The notes under the pieces: generated by a model
Seen by the model: only the letters and a program-made list of their open reading frames with translations
Told to the model about the DNA's origin: nothing
The model's database searches: none
Made by a program: the position numbers and the translations under genes
Shown here: positions 44,933 through 55,872 of the stretch, in pieces
Layout: each line of letters opens with the position of its first letter
Numbering within the stretch: the stretch's first letter is position 1
Origin: an uncultured Clostridia bacterium
GTDB lineage: Bacteria; Bacillota; Clostridia; TANB77; CAG-508
Reading direction: 5' to 3'
NCBI GenBank assembly: GCA_947626025.1
Contig: CANQQQ010000003.1
Coordinates: 1-63,584 of the forward strand
Length of the DNA stretch: 63,584 bases

Positions 44933-45547
44933 TTATCTAATTAATATATTATTTTTTTCTATGCCATACTCTTGGCTTATAAACTCTTTTATTTCACTTT
45001 TTTCATCTTCTGTTAAACTACTATGTGTTTCATCTACTTTACTGTTGTTTGACATTACAGTTATTTTATTAACTGATATTTCATTTACTCCATCTTGCTT
45101 TTTATTTTTTCCATTCTTAGATAAACTAATTTCTATCTCTTTAATCTCTCCATATTTTTCACTATTTTCTTCTAAATCAACTTCTAAATTTATATTACTT
45201 ACAATAAATTCTTTTTCTCTCAATTTGTTTTCAATATCTTGTCTTAATTTTAATTTATAATTTTCCTCAAAACTATCAGTTTCTATCTTCTCTATATTGC
45301 CTTCTAAATTTTGATATATGTTACTACTTGTAAAGTAATTTTCATAATCAATATTAGAAAAATCTAGTTTATTTCCACCTATTAAATTTAATCCTGGTGC
45401 AATAATTGCATATACAACGTATATTCCTATTACTGTTTTTATATATTTAGTACTTTTACTATCAGGGGACAATATCATTTCTAATATAATTCCAATTACT
45501 ACACTTACTATTACCTGGCGTGCCCATGAGCTAATATATGTAATCAA
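44933..45547 (-). CDS. spoIIIAF: Stage III sporulation protein AF
   Basis: SSWARQV, LEMIL.P, KYIKTVIG; operon position. Confidence 0.85.
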   Translation of the reverse strand: MITYISSWARQVIVSVVIGIILEMILSPDSKSTKYIKTVIGIYVVYAIIAPGLNLIGGNKLDFSNIDYENYFTSSNIYQNLEGNIEKIETDSFEENYKLKLRQDIENKLREKEFIVSNINLEVDLEENSEKYGEIKEIEISLSKNGKNKKQDGVNEISVNKITVMSNNSKVDETHSSLTEDEKSEIKEFISQEYGIEKNNILIR

Positions 45548-45562
45548 TGTCTTTCTCCTTCC

Positions 45563-46708
45563 TTAAATATTTGAAATTTTAATTACTATTGTTACTCCAA
45601 TTATTAGCATAACAGAAATAGAACTTACCATTGCTAGCAATACTTTAAATGTATCTCTCATTTGTTCTATAATATCTATTATCTTTTTGTCCGCTATTGG
45701 TTGACATACAGCTGATAAAACATGGTATAGTACTGTAAGTACAGCTAATCGAATAATTGGCATTGCACATATTCCCACTATTACAATTACTCCAATTATT
45801 CCAACTGCATTTTTTAGTATTACACCACTTCCTAATACAACCTCTGCTGTATCGCTTAAAATCTTTCCAACTACTGGCACTGCACTTGAAACAATAGCTT
45901 TTGTTGTTTTTGTAGTAATTCCATCAACATGTCCTGTTAAACTGCTTTCTAATGATAGTACTCCTGTAAATATTGTTAATGCTATTCCCATTATCCATAC
46001 AACACTCGATTTAAATGTCTTTGCAAGTTTATCTATTTGAACTTTATCAGATATCTTTGATATTATTCCTAAAGAAGTCCCAATAAGCACCATTGGTAAT
46101 AAAAAAGTTGAAATAAAATTTCCTATAAATGTGATCATTATTAGAAGAATAGGTTGTACTGCTCCAGCAGTAACTATATTCCCTGTTATCATTATTAATG
46201 CTAATAATAAAGGTATTAATGAGTATGAAAATCCAACTAAATCTTGAATAGTATCTTTTATGCTAGAGATTATTCCTGAAAAATTCGTCATTATCAACGT
46301 AACAATTAATATATATTGAACGAAATATGTAATTTGGCTTATTCCACCATTATCTAGTCCATCGCTTATGCTTTTCAAAATACTATGTACTACTATGATT
46401 ATAATTATACTTCCAACCATTGTAACTTGACTTCTCATCTCTATTCCTAAGAGATTAAATAATCTTTTAGCAATACTTGTTGCATTAAAATCCCCACTCA
46501 TTGCAGAGCTTAATACTTCCGAAAAGTCCATATCATCAAAAACTTCTTCTGTATATTTTTGTGCTTCAGATATAAAAGATGAAATATCTAGCATTTCTTC
46601 TGTAGATTCTAGTATATCTTCGCTTGCCAATGCTTTGTTTGGTACGGTAAATATTATAATTACCATAATTAATAAAATTCTTATTAGCTTCATTTGTTTC
46701 TCCTTCAT
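45563..46708 (-). CDS. spoIIIAE: Stage III sporulation protein AE
   Basis: Multi-TM protein; SAVPVVGKILSD; operon position. Confidence 0.92.
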   Translation of the reverse strand: MKEKQMKLIRILLIMVIIIFTVPNKALASEDILESTEEMLDISSFISEAQKYTEEVFDDMDFSEVLSSAMSGDFNATSIAKRLFNLLGIEMRSQVTMVGSIIIIIVVHSILKSISDGLDNGGISQITYFVQYILIVTLIMTNFSGIISSIKDTIQDLVGFSYSLIPLLLALIMITGNIVTAGAVQPILLIMITFIGNFISTFLLPMVLIGTSLGIISKISDKVQIDKLAKTFKSSVVWIMGIALTIFTGVLSLESSLTGHVDGITTKTTKAIVSSAVPVVGKILSDTAEVVLGSGVILKNAVGIIGVIVIVGICAMPIIRLAVLTVLYHVLSAVCQPIADKKIIDIIEQMRDTFKVLLAMVSSISVMLIIGVTIVIKISNI

Positions 46709-47091
46709 GGTAAAACATGCACTATAGTTTCAAGTAATGCTGATATTATTGGTATTGACATAGATATTATTATTACTTTTCCACCCAAGTCAACCTTTGA
46801 AGCGATAGCACTTTCGCCTGAATCCTTACATATACTTACTGCAAATTCTGTTAAAAAGGCTATTCCTGTAATTTTAATTAGCACAGTTAAAAAGCCATTT
46901 GTATCACTAACTTTATTTGATAGTTCTGTTAATAACTGTATTATGCCACTTAATCTTGTCATAACAAGTGCAAGAATAATAGCTCCTGCGCAGATTGATA
47001 CATATACAGTAAATTCTGGTTTGTATTGTTTTAAAATAATAACTATTATTACTGCTATTAAGCCAATTCCAATAATTTTAATAATATCCAT
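46705..47091 (-). CDS. spoIIIAD: Stage III sporulation protein AD
   Basis: LKQYKPE, KITGIAFLTEF..ICKDSGE. Confidence 0.93.
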   Translation of the reverse strand: MDIIKIIGIGLIAVIIVIILKQYKPEFTVYVSICAGAIILALVMTRLSGIIQLLTELSNKVSDTNGFLTVLIKITGIAFLTEFAVSICKDSGESAIASKVDLGGKVIIISMSIPIISALLETIVHVLP

Positions 47092-47139
47092 ATTTACTAT
47101 CATTCCTTTACAAGGTACAAATCAAATTAAAAAGAATTG

Positions 47140-47334
47140 TTATAAATTAAATAAAGTTCTAACACTATCAAATAGTGTACTTATTTCTTTAATTACTATA
47201 CTTAATACTATTACTAATCCTGCCAAAGTAGTCATCATAGCTTGGTCTTCTCTACCTGCTCTTACTAATACTTGATGTAATACTGCAACCAAAATTCCTA
47301 TTGCAGCAATCTTAAATAATAAATCAATGCTCAT
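47140..47334 (-). CDS. spoIIIAC: Stage III sporulation protein AC
   Basis: IDLLFKIAAIGILVAVLHQVL.RAGREDQA. Confidence 0.94.
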   Translation of the reverse strand: MSIDLLFKIAAIGILVAVLHQVLVRAGREDQAMMTTLAGLVIVLSIVIKEISTLFDSVRTLFNL

Positions 47335-47351
47335 TTGAATATCCCCCAATT

Positions 47352-47862
47352 TTATATTAGAATTATTACTAATCCTACGCCTGTTAATACTCCTAAAGTC
47401 TTGTATAATTTTTTATTTTTATTTTCCTCTTCTTGTGCTTCTTGTATTTGATTTTCTAAAAAACCTAATGTTAATTTAATTTTACTAAGTTGTCCTTGTA
47501 AGTCAGTTTGTCCCAATATTTTGCCGAAAATCTTTTACTATATATAAATCCTGACTATTTAAACTTGTCTGTGAAATGTCCACAGAATATTCCCACGCCT
47601 CTTGTGCAGAAATATCTTTCATTTTTATCGCTGCTACTTTAAAGATACTACCAATTTCTCTCTTTATATTATTTGATATATCTATAAAAATGTCTGCTAA
47701 TGGTTCATATGTATATTCTATTTTCGCCTCTAAAAAATTCAGTGCTTTTTTCATTTCACGCAATTGTGTGGTTCTATATCTATATTTATTAGATATCATT
47801 ATTCCTATTAATGCTGATCCACCAAATATTGCACATAATATAACACTTTTTATTAATATCAC
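47352..47862 (-). pseudogene. spoIIIAB: Stage III sporulation protein AB interrupted by a +1 frameshift at about 47527
   Basis: Frame 0 gives 119 aa ending KDFRQNIGTN; the +1 frame continues GKILGQTDLQGQL..KLYKTLGVLTGVGLVIILI to a stop at 47352; total 511 nt = 170 codons + 1. Confidence 0.88.
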
Positions 47863-47892
47863 TTAGCTTTCCCCTTTCTAAAATATATATAT

Positions 47893-48822
47893 TCATTGCT
47901 TGTACTTTTTAGAACTATCCTTTTCAGATCTATCTAAACGATATATGGACTTTATCCTGCCCTTATTAACTTTATCTAAGAAAATTATTATCTCAAAAAT
48001 ATTTAAATCAATAATTTTTTTTAAATATAAATTCATATTTATATCTTCTATCCTCTCACCATGTGCTGTAAATATTCCTTTAACTCCACAAGAAGTTGCA
48101 TAATTAATTGCATTAACATCTTCTAAATTACCTATTTCATCAGCTACTATTATTTGTGGAGCCATTGATCTTATTAACATCTCCATACCTATCCATTTTG
48201 GTACATTATCTAGAATATCTGTCCTTATCCCTATATCATTTTGTGGAATTCCTTTATACATTGCTGCAATCTCTCCTCTTTCATCTGCCACTCCTATTGT
48301 TTTACCTTTAAAATTTATATAATCAATTCCTAAACTAAGTTGTCTTACTAAATCCCTTAGTACTGTAGTTTTCCCTGCTCCTGGTGGAGAAACTATTAAA
48401 GTCGTAAATATATTGTCATTTTCTATGTCAATAATATGTTTTATAATTTCGTTTCCTGCCCCGATGATTTGTTTTGCTATTCTAAAATTTAAACTATAAA
48501 TATATGAAATATTTATTACTTTATCATTTTCAATAACACAATTTCCTGTAATTCCAACTCTATGTCCTCCTCTTATTGTAATATATCCATGATTAATTTC
48601 ATTTTGATAGGCATAAATTGAATTTTCGCATACATATTGTAGAATTTCTTTTGTATCCTCATTTGTAATTCTATATGGGATTATTTCTTCTTCCCCATTA
48701 AATATTAAAATTATAGGACAATTTACTCTTATTCTTATTTCTTCTAAATTGTTGTACCTTTGTCCTAATTTATAGTTTATTTTCTCTCTTATTCTCATCG
48801 GAAAATATTCTAAAATTTCCAT
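47893..48822 (-). CDS. spoIIIAA: Stage III sporulation protein AA (ATPase)
   Basis: EEIRIR, GYITIRGGHRVG, PPGAGKTT, DERGEI, DEIG. Confidence 0.96.
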   Translation of the reverse strand: MEILEYFPMRIREKINYKLGQRYNNLEEIRIRVNCPIILIFNGEEEIIPYRITNEDTKEILQYVCENSIYAYQNEINHGYITIRGGHRVGITGNCVIENDKVINISYIYSLNFRIAKQIIGAGNEIIKHIIDIENDNIFTTLIVSPPGAGKTTVLRDLVRQLSLGIDYINFKGKTIGVADERGEIAAMYKGIPQNDIGIRTDILDNVPKWIGMEMLIRSMAPQIIVADEIGNLEDVNAINYATSCGVKGIFTAHGERIEDINMNLYLKKIIDLNIFEIIIFLDKVNKGRIKSIYRLDRSEKDSSKKYKQ

Positions 48823-48950
48823 TTAGTCTCCTTTTTATAATTGACTTTCTTATGGTATAAAGAATAAAACTATCTTTTACAGACCTTGTTTCTTATTAAT
48901 TTGAGTTTGCAAATTAATAATGTAAAATCTGAATGGCAATAAATCAGATA

Positions 48951-48995
48951 AAAACAGCATATACATATTCTCTTATAATATGTATATGCTGTTTT
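48951..48995. terminator. 19-bp perfect inverted repeat after the radical SAM gene
   Basis: aaaacagcatatacatatt-ctcttat-aatatgtatatgctgtttt. Confidence 0.7.
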
Positions 48996-49003
48996 TTCTA
49001 TTT

Positions 49004-49888
49004 TTAGAACTCCCAATTTGGAACATACTCTTCCTCGTGTTCTCCTAAATCCTGAATATATCCATTTTGTAAATTCAACCTATATAAATATTTTTCTATA
49101 TCATCATATTCCTCTTTTGTTAGTTTCCTATTTAAATCACTCTCCATGGCATTATACGTTGGAAAATACTGTGCCATAATACTAATATTAACTTTATTTT
49201 CCAAGTTTGATTTTATCCATTTTAAAACTCTTTTAGAATTCTCTATATGGTTTGGAAGCACTAAATGTCTTATGATAATCCCTTTTTTTATAAGCCCATT
49301 TTCATCAAATTGTGGTCTTCCAACCTGTCTATACATTTCTTTTATAGCTTTTGTGGCTATTTCAAAGTAGTTATTTACCTTAGAATATTTTATTCCTAAT
49401 TCATCATAATAATATTTTAAATCTGGTAAATAGACATCAATATATCCTTCTAGTTTTTTTATTGTTTCTACATTTTCATATCCATTAGAGTTATAAATAA
49501 TTGGAATATTTAATCCTTTGCCTTTTGCAATTTTTATTGCTTCTATTATTTGATAAATATAAATTGTAGGAGATACTAGATTTATATTATTTGCATGATT
49601 ATCCTGTTGTTTTATAAATATATCTGCTAATTCGTTAATGGTTATCTCTTTACCTCTACCTTTTTGACTTATCTCATAATTTTGGCAAAATATACAATTT
49701 AAATTACAATTAGAAAAAAATATAGTTCCTGATCCATCCATTCCACTAATACAAGGCTCTTCAAATTTATGTAATGAATATAAAGCAATTTTAACTTTGT
49801 CTGTTGCTTTACATCTGCCTACTTTTTCTTTTCGATTTATACTGCACTTATGTGGACATATATTACAATTTTCTAGTTCTTTTAGCAT
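49004..49888 (-). CDS. Radical SAM protein, PflX-like
   Basis: EEPCISG, CNLNCIFCQN (CxxxCxxC), DVYLPDLKY, IIRHLVLP. Confidence 0.9.
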   Translation of the reverse strand: MLKELENCNICPHKCSINRKEKVGRCKATDKVKIALYSLHKFEEPCISGMDGSGTIFFSNCNLNCIFCQNYEISQKGRGKEITINELADIFIKQQDNHANNINLVSPTIYIYQIIEAIKIAKGKGLNIPIIYNSNGYENVETIKKLEGYIDVYLPDLKYYYDELGIKYSKVNNYFEIATKAIKEMYRQVGRPQFDENGLIKKGIIIRHLVLPNHIENSKRVLKWIKSNLENKVNISIMAQYFPTYNAMESDLNRKLTKEEYDDIEKYLYRLNLQNGYIQDLGEHEEEYVPNWEF

Positions 49889-49989
49889 ATAGTCTTCCTT
49901 TCGATTTTTATATATTAAAAAACGAATTTAAAAATTTCTAAACAATTATACTTTTTATATAATAAGAAATATAAACTCTCTTATTATAC

Positions 49990-50013
49990 AAAAAAGACCT
50001 TTCGGTCTTTTTT
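49990..50013. terminator. Terminator after rpsR
   Basis: aaaaaagacc-tttc-ggtctttttt. Confidence 0.8.
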
Positions 50014-50303
50014 TAATTTTGTGAATAAGGTAATAAAGCAATTTGTCTACATCTCTTAACTGCTAATGTTATATCTCTTTGATGTTTTGCACAAGCACCT
50101 GTAGCTCTTCTTGGTAAAATTTTGCCTTTTTCATTTATGAATTTCTTTAATTGCTCTGGATTTTTGTAATCTAAAACAAAGTTTTTATCACTACAAAGTA
50201 CACATACTTTCTTTCTCATTCTTTTAAATTTAGTGTTAAACTCTTCATCCATGTTGTTGTTATTTCTTTTATTATTTTTTCTGTTATTCTTTTTGTCTGC
50301 CAT
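50013..50303 (-). CDS. rpsR: 30S ribosomal protein S18 (zinc-ligand-retaining form)
   Basis: [25 protein letters not shown]. Confidence 0.97.
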   Translation of the reverse strand: MADKKNNRKNNKRNNNNMDEEFNTKFKRMRKKVCVLCSDKNFVLDYKNPEQLKKFINEKGKILPRRATGACAKHQRDITLAVKRCRQIALLPYSQN

Positions 50304-50325
50304 TATTCTTCCCCCTATCTAAATA

Positions 50326-50751
50326 TTAAAATGGTAAATCATCACTAGGTGTAACTTCAAAATCGGGATTTGGATTTGATGCAACATTTCCAAAAGTGTT
50401 CTCAAAGTTTGAAGAATTTTCATCATTTTCTCTTTTTCCATCTGCAAAATATGCTTCCTCAGCAATAACTTCAGTAATATAGTGCTTTTGACCTTGATCA
50501 TCATCCCAAGTTCTTGTCTGTATTCTTCCTATAATACCAACTTGTTGACCTTTTTTAAAATATTTACTACAAAATTCTCCAAGTTTACTCCAAGCAACTA
50601 TATTTATAAAATCTGCCTGTCTTTCTTCTCCCTGTCTTACAAATCTTCTATTTACTGCTAAACTAAAACTTGCTACCATTGTGTTGTTAGTTTGTGTATA
50701 TCTAACTTCTGGATCTCTTGTTAATCTTCCCATTAAAATTACTTTGTTCAT
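50326..50751 (-). CDS. ssb: Single-stranded DNA-binding protein
   Basis: MNKVILMGRLTRDPE; acidic tail DDLPF. Confidence 0.98.
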   Translation of the reverse strand: MNKVILMGRLTRDPEVRYTQTNNTMVASFSLAVNRRFVRQGEERQADFINIVAWSKLGEFCSKYFKKGQQVGIIGRIQTRTWDDDQGQKHYITEVIAEEAYFADGKRENDENSSNFENTFGNVASNPNPDFEVTPSDDLPF

Positions 50752-50799
50752 ATTTAATTCCTTCTTTCTATCTCAGATTTTGGCTCCCTAGTTCTTTTT

Positions 50800-51084
50800 T
50801 TAGTCTACTATTTTTACTGTTATAAATTTTATAACTTCATCTGTTATTCTGTAGTTTCTTTCTAACTCTGCAATTAATTCTGGTTTTGCTTCGAAATTAA
50901 ATACTACATAGTAACCTTCTGTGTTCTTTTTAATGTCATATGCTAATTTTTTTCTTCCATATTCTTCAATATTTTCTAATCTTCCATCAGTATTAATCAA
51001 GTCTGTAAATCTAGCTATAAGAGCTTTGATTCCTTCTTCAGTAACATCTTGACCAATAATGATAACACTTTCGTATTTATTCAT
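50800..51084 (-). CDS. rpsF: 30S ribosomal protein S6
   Basis: MNKYES, GRKKLAYDIKK..GYY; AAGGAGGTG RBS. Confidence 0.97.
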   Translation of the reverse strand: MNKYESVIIIGQDVTEEGIKALIARFTDLINTDGRLENIEEYGRKKLAYDIKKNTEGYYVVFNFEAKPELIAELERNYRITDEVIKFITVKIVD

Positions 51085-51090
51085 TATTTT

Positions 51091-51138
51091 CACCTCCTTT
51101 TGGATATATATCCCACAATCTAGTTGCGAGAAAGGATG
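51091..51138 (-). promoter_or_regulatory. S6:S18-binding rpsF leader RNA
   Basis: UCCUUU can pair with the SD AAAGGA; inner hairpin CUCGCAA-CUAGA-UUGUGGG; unpaired CCA next to the SD, matching the known motif. Confidence 0.8.
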
Positions 51139-51227
51139 AAAAAAGTTGGTTCTCTTTTCAAACATTGGTTATTTTACCATATTTTGTATATATTTTCAAG
51201 TACTTTTATGATTTTTTTCAACAAATG

Positions 51228-53843
51228 CTATGATGCTTGCTCCTTTAGTTTAACTAAAATATTTAATGCTTCTATTGGCGTTAATTCATCTACATTTATT
51301 TTATCTATTTCATGTGCTATTTCTGCAATTTTATAATTATACATGTTTAGTTGTCCCGCTACTTCATCTTTCTTTTCTCTTTCCATTTTCTTTTGTCCTA
51401 ACATACTTTTTCTTTCAAGATTCCTCAATATTTCGTTTGCACTTTTTAATACCTCTTTTGGAACTCCTGCAAGTTTCGCAACATGTATTCCATAGCTTTC
51501 ATCTGTTCCCCCTTCAATTATTTTTCTTAGGAATATAATGTCTTCTCCTCTTTCCTTTACAGCTATTGAATAATTTTTAACCCCTTCTTGCTCATTCTCT
51601 AATTCTATTAATTCATGGTAATGTGTTGCAAATAAAGTCTTCGCTCCACATTTGTCTGTATCTGATATATATTTTGCTACTGCCCATGCTATTGAAAGTC
51701 CGTCATATGTTGATGTTCCTCTTCCTATTTCATCTAATATTATTAAACTATTACTTGTAGCATCTTTTAAAATATTGGCAACTTCCATCATTTCTACCAT
51801 AAATGTGCTTTCTCCCATACTTAAATCATCTGATGCTCCAACTCTTGTAAATATTTTATCTACTACGCCAATTTTCGCAGAATCTGCTGGTACAAAGCTG
51901 CCTATTTGAGCCATTAATGTAATAAGGGCTACTTGTCTCATATATGTTGATTTTCCTGCCATATTAGGACCTGTAATTATTGAAAGTCTATCACTTGTTT
52001 TATTTAAATATGTATCATTAGCTATAAAACTTCCCCTTGGCAACATCTTTTCAATTACAGGATGTCTACCATTTTTTATTATTATTTCTGGTCCGTCATC
52101 TACTTCTGGCATTGAATAATTCATGTCTTCTGCAACAGTTGCAAATGAAGTTAATACATCTAATGTAGCAATTATAGTAGCTGATTTTTGTATTCTTTCG
52201 ATTTGTGATGCAATTTTATTTCTTACTTCTACAAATAGATTATATTCTAATTCAACTAATTTTTCTTCAGCACCTAAAATTTCATCCTCTAATTTTTTTA
52301 ATTCTTCTGTAATATACCTTTCTCCAGTTGATAAGGTCTGCTTTCTTATATAGTCTTCAGGCACTAAGTTTAGGTATGATTTTGTAACTTCAATATAATA
52401 TCCAAAAACCTTGTTATAGCTTACTTTTAAATTTTTAATTCCAGTTCTTTCTCTTTCTTTTGCTTCGAGTTCCACTAACCATTTTTTTCCATTAGTAGTT
52501 GCTTCCTTATATCTATCGGCTTCTTCATTGTATCCGTTTTTTATAATGTTGCCTTCTTTAATAACTATTGGAGGATCCTCAACAATAGCATTTTCTATTA
52601 AATCATGAATTTCTTTTACTTCATCCAAATTTTCATATAAATTTTTTAACATTTTAGATTTAGTGTCACTTAATATTTTCTTTATATCAGGTAATTTACT
52701 TAAAGAATTTTTTAATGATACCATATCTCTTGCATTTGCACTTCCATAAGCAATTTTGGCCACAAGTCTTTCAATATCATATACCTTTTTTAAGTTATCT
52801 TGAATATCTGCTTTCAGTATTAAGTTTTCCTTTAATTCTTTAACTGCTCCTAGTCTACTATGTATTTCTTCTATATCTATTAAAGGATCATTAATCCATC
52901 TTCTTAAGTTTCTTCCTCCCATAGATGTAGAAGTTCTATCTAGTACCCAAAGTAACGTTCCTTTTTTACCTTTGTCCTTCATCCTTTCTGTGATTTCTAA
53001 GTTTCTTCTTGCAGTAATATCTAATGACATATATCTTGTAGTATTATATACTTTAATTGCTTGAATATTTTCAATTTCCATTTTTTGCATTTGCGTTATA
53101 TATGAAAGTAATGCATTTACTGTTGATACTACTAATAATTTTTCTTTAAAATCTTTTATCTCATTACCTTTCATGTCTAATACTTGATGTTTAGCTGTAA
53201 TTTTTTCTATATCTATATCAAAATATTTTTCTTCATATTTAGATATATAACAGTTTTCAAATCTTTGAGAAATTTTAGACATCTCCTCAATAGTAGAACT
53301 CATAAGTTCATTAGTTACAATCTCTACTGGTGAAAATCTAGCAATCTCATCTAATAATTTTGCAAAATTATTTGTTTCTTTTATTTGTGTAGCATAAAAG
53401 TCACCAGTTGATACATCACACACTGCAAGTCCAAAAAACAATCCTTGTTTATATATAGACATTATATAATTATTCTTCTTTTCATCTAATACTGTATCAT
53501 CTAATACTGTTCCTGGTGTAACGATTTTCACTACTCCTCTTTTTACTATTCCTTTTGTAGTTTTCGGATCCTCTAATTGTTCACAGATTGCCACCTTATA
53601 TCCTTTTTCTATTAACCTCGCTATATATACATTTGCAGCGTGATAAGGGACTCCACACATTGGAGCTCTTTCTTCCATTCCGCATTCTTTACCTGTTAAT
53701 GTAAGTTCTAATTCTCTTGAAACTTCAATTGCATCATCAAAAAACATTTCATAGAAGTCTCCCAATCTATAAAATAAAATACAATCCTTGTATTCTTCCT
53801 TCATACTTAAATAATGTTGCATCATAGGTGAATATTCTGCCAT
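51228..53843 (-). CDS. mutS: DNA mismatch repair protein MutS
   Basis: FYRLGDFYEMF, GPNMAGKSTYMRQ, DEIGRGTST, FATHYHEL. Confidence 0.98.
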   Translation of the reverse strand: MAEYSPMMQHYLSMKEEYKDCILFYRLGDFYEMFFDDAIEVSRELELTLTGKECGMEERAPMCGVPYHAANVYIARLIEKGYKVAICEQLEDPKTTKGIVKRGVVKIVTPGTVLDDTVLDEKKNNYIMSIYKQGLFFGLAVCDVSTGDFYATQIKETNNFAKLLDEIARFSPVEIVTNELMSSTIEEMSKISQRFENCYISKYEEKYFDIDIEKITAKHQVLDMKGNEIKDFKEKLLVVSTVNALLSYITQMQKMEIENIQAIKVYNTTRYMSLDITARRNLEITERMKDKGKKGTLLWVLDRTSTSMGGRNLRRWINDPLIDIEEIHSRLGAVKELKENLILKADIQDNLKKVYDIERLVAKIAYGSANARDMVSLKNSLSKLPDIKKILSDTKSKMLKNLYENLDEVKEIHDLIENAIVEDPPIVIKEGNIIKNGYNEEADRYKEATTNGKKWLVELEAKERERTGIKNLKVSYNKVFGYYIEVTKSYLNLVPEDYIRKQTLSTGERYITEELKKLEDEILGAEEKLVELEYNLFVEVRNKIASQIERIQKSATIIATLDVLTSFATVAEDMNYSMPEVDDGPEIIIKNGRHPVIEKMLPRGSFIANDTYLNKTSDRLSIITGPNMAGKSTYMRQVALITLMAQIGSFVPADSAKIGVVDKIFTRVGASDDLSMGESTFMVEMMEVANILKDATSNSLIILDEIGRGTSTYDGLSIAWAVAKYISDTDKCGAKTLFATHYHELIELENEQEGVKNYSIAVKERGEDIIFLRKIIEGGTDESYGIHVAKLAGVPKEVLKSANEILRNLERKSMLGQKKMEREKKDEVAGQLNMYNYKIAEIAHEIDKINVDELTPIEALNILVKLKEQAS

Positions 53844-54211
53844 CTTATCCTGCCTCCATTCGATTTTATTCTACATTTTTTGTATTTTATCACAGATATT
53901 TTTTAAGTTCAAGAGATTTGCCTTTCGTTTAACGTAAAATTTAATATCCCAATTAAATTTATAAAAAATAAACTTTTTAATTCATACTAAATTTTATTAT
54001 ATAAATAATTAACTTTGATTACATTAATAATTATTATATCTTATAAATCTTGAAAATTTATAAATATGTATAAGCAATAATTTATCCATTTCTTTGTAAT
54101 ATTTTTCATTATTGTCTAATATACATTTACAAATAAGGTCTATGTACAAACATTTTGTATGGACATTAGTGTGAAAAATAAGATTTGTGCGGGAAAGGAA
54201 TGATAGTTAAT

Positions 54212-55690
54212 ATGGAAAATTCTAATTTATATCAGGATATACAATCTAGAACCGATGGAGATATCTATGTAGGTGTTGTCGGTCCTGTTAGAACTGGTAA
54301 ATCTACATTTATAAAACGTTTTATGGATTTATTAGTTATTCCAAATATCGAAAATGAATATAAAAAAGAAAGAGCAAAAGATGAATTACCACAAAGTGCA
54401 GGTGGTAGAACAATTATGACTACTGAGCCTAAATTTGTTCCTAATGAGGCTGTTCAAATTAATCTTGGTGATAATTTGAAATTTAAGGCTAGACTTGTTG
54501 ACTGCGTAGGATATCTTGTAAATAATGCAATTGGTTATTTGGAAGATGATGTACCTAGAATGGTGAAAACGCCTTGGTCTGACGAAGAAATTCCGTTCGA
54601 AAAAGCTGCTGAAATAGGAACGAAAAAAGTAATAGATGAACATTCAACTATTGGAATCTTAATTACAACTGATGGAAGTTTTTCTGAAATTCCTAGAGAA
54701 GATTATATAAATGCAGAGGAACGTGTCGTAAATGAGTTAAAAGCATTAAATAAACCTTTTGTAATAGTTTTAAACAGTTCAGATCCTAACTCAGAATATA
54801 CTACTCAACTAGCCGAAAGACTTGAAGAAAAGTATGGTGTTTCTGTATTACCACTTAATTGTTCGGAATTAAATATAGAAGATATTAACAACATGTTCGG
54901 AAAAATTCTTTATGAATTCCCTATTGAGCAAATTAATGTTAGTCTACCAAAATGGGTTAATACTCTTGATGATTCGCATTGGTTAAAGCAATCACTTTAC
55001 ACAGACATTAAAAATGCCTTTTCAAATATACGTGTGCTAAAAGAAGTAAAACCATGTGTTGATAATATCAGCTCTACTGACATAATAAATAATAGTGTAT
55101 TACAAGAGATTAACCTTGGTAATGGTAATATTAACGTTTCCATTGAATTAAAAGATGATTTGTTCTATCAAATTCTAAGTGATTTGACAGGAGTAAATAT
55201 AACAGATGAAGGAGATTTATTCTCTGTACTCACTTCTTTTGCTCAGACTAAAAAGGAATATGATAAGATATCCTATGCATTAGAGTCTGCAAAAGCTACA
55301 GGTTATGGTATTGTAACTCCTGGTATGGAAGATTTAATATTAGATGAACCTGAGATGGTAAAGCAAGGTTCTAAATTTGGAGTAAAACTAAAAGCAACTG
55401 CTCCAAGTCTTCATATTATAAGGGCAAATATTGAAACTGAAGTTTCTCCTATTGTAGGCTCAGAAAAACAATCTGAAGAATTAGTTAATTTTCTACTTTC
55501 AGAATTTGAAAGTGACCCTCAAAAGATTTGGGAATCTAATATCTTTGGAAAGAATTTACATGAACTTGTAAATGAAGGTTTGCAAAACAAGCTATCTCGT
55601 ATGCCAGAAGATGCTCAAGGTAAACTACAAGAAACTCTAGAGCGTATTGTAAATGAAGGTAGTGGAGGATTAATTTGCATTATTTTATAA
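54212..55690 (+). CDS. spoIVA: Stage IV sporulation protein A
   Basis: YVGVVGPVRTGKSTFIKRFM, TTEPKFVP, C-terminal GGLICIIL; start at ATG 54212. Confidence 0.98.
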   Translation: MENSNLYQDIQSRTDGDIYVGVVGPVRTGKSTFIKRFMDLLVIPNIENEYKKERAKDELPQSAGGRTIMTTEPKFVPNEAVQINLGDNLKFKARLVDCVGYLVNNAIGYLEDDVPRMVKTPWSDEEIPFEKAAEIGTKKVIDEHSTIGILITTDGSFSEIPREDYINAEERVVNELKALNKPFVIVLNSSDPNSEYTTQLAERLEEKYGVSVLPLNCSELNIEDINNMFGKILYEFPIEQINVSLPKWVNTLDDSHWLKQSLYTDIKNAFSNIRVLKEVKPCVDNISSTDIINNSVLQEINLGNGNINVSIELKDDLFYQILSDLTGVNITDEGDLFSVLTSFAQTKKEYDKISYALESAKATGYGIVTPGMEDLILDEPEMVKQGSKFGVKLKATAPSLHIIRANIETEVSPIVGSEKQSEELVNFLLSEFESDPQKIWESNIFGKNLHELVNEGLQNKLSRMPEDAQGKLQETLERIVNEGSGGLICIIL

Positions 55691-55718
55691 ATTTTTATAT
55701 TCAATAATTTTAATATTT

Positions 55719-55741
55719 GAGACTACTTCAAAAGTAGTCTC
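55719..55741 (+). terminator. Terminator after spoIVA
   Basis: gagactactt-caa-aagtagtctc. Confidence 0.6.
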
Positions 55742-55872
55742 TTGTGCTTATTTTCCTCTTACCTATTTAGGTTTAACTTAAAATAAATAAATCTTAATGC
55801 TGATAGTAATTTTGTAAAAATTCTCTTATAAATACATAGAAATTATAAATTTCATCAACAATACTAATTTCG

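Noticed and set aside
51228-53843. mutS without adjacent mutL
   Set aside because: Unlinked mutS and mutL are common; nothing in the window suggests loss.
48823-54211. Sigma-E promoters upstream of spoIIIAA and spoIVA
   Set aside because: Expected from known biology, but CATA-like hexamers are too frequent in this AT-rich DNA to place with confidence.
55766-55785. TTTAGGTTTAACTTAAAA resembling a DtxR/MntR-type box
   Set aside because: It lies between two convergent gene ends rather than in a promoter, and the match is weak.
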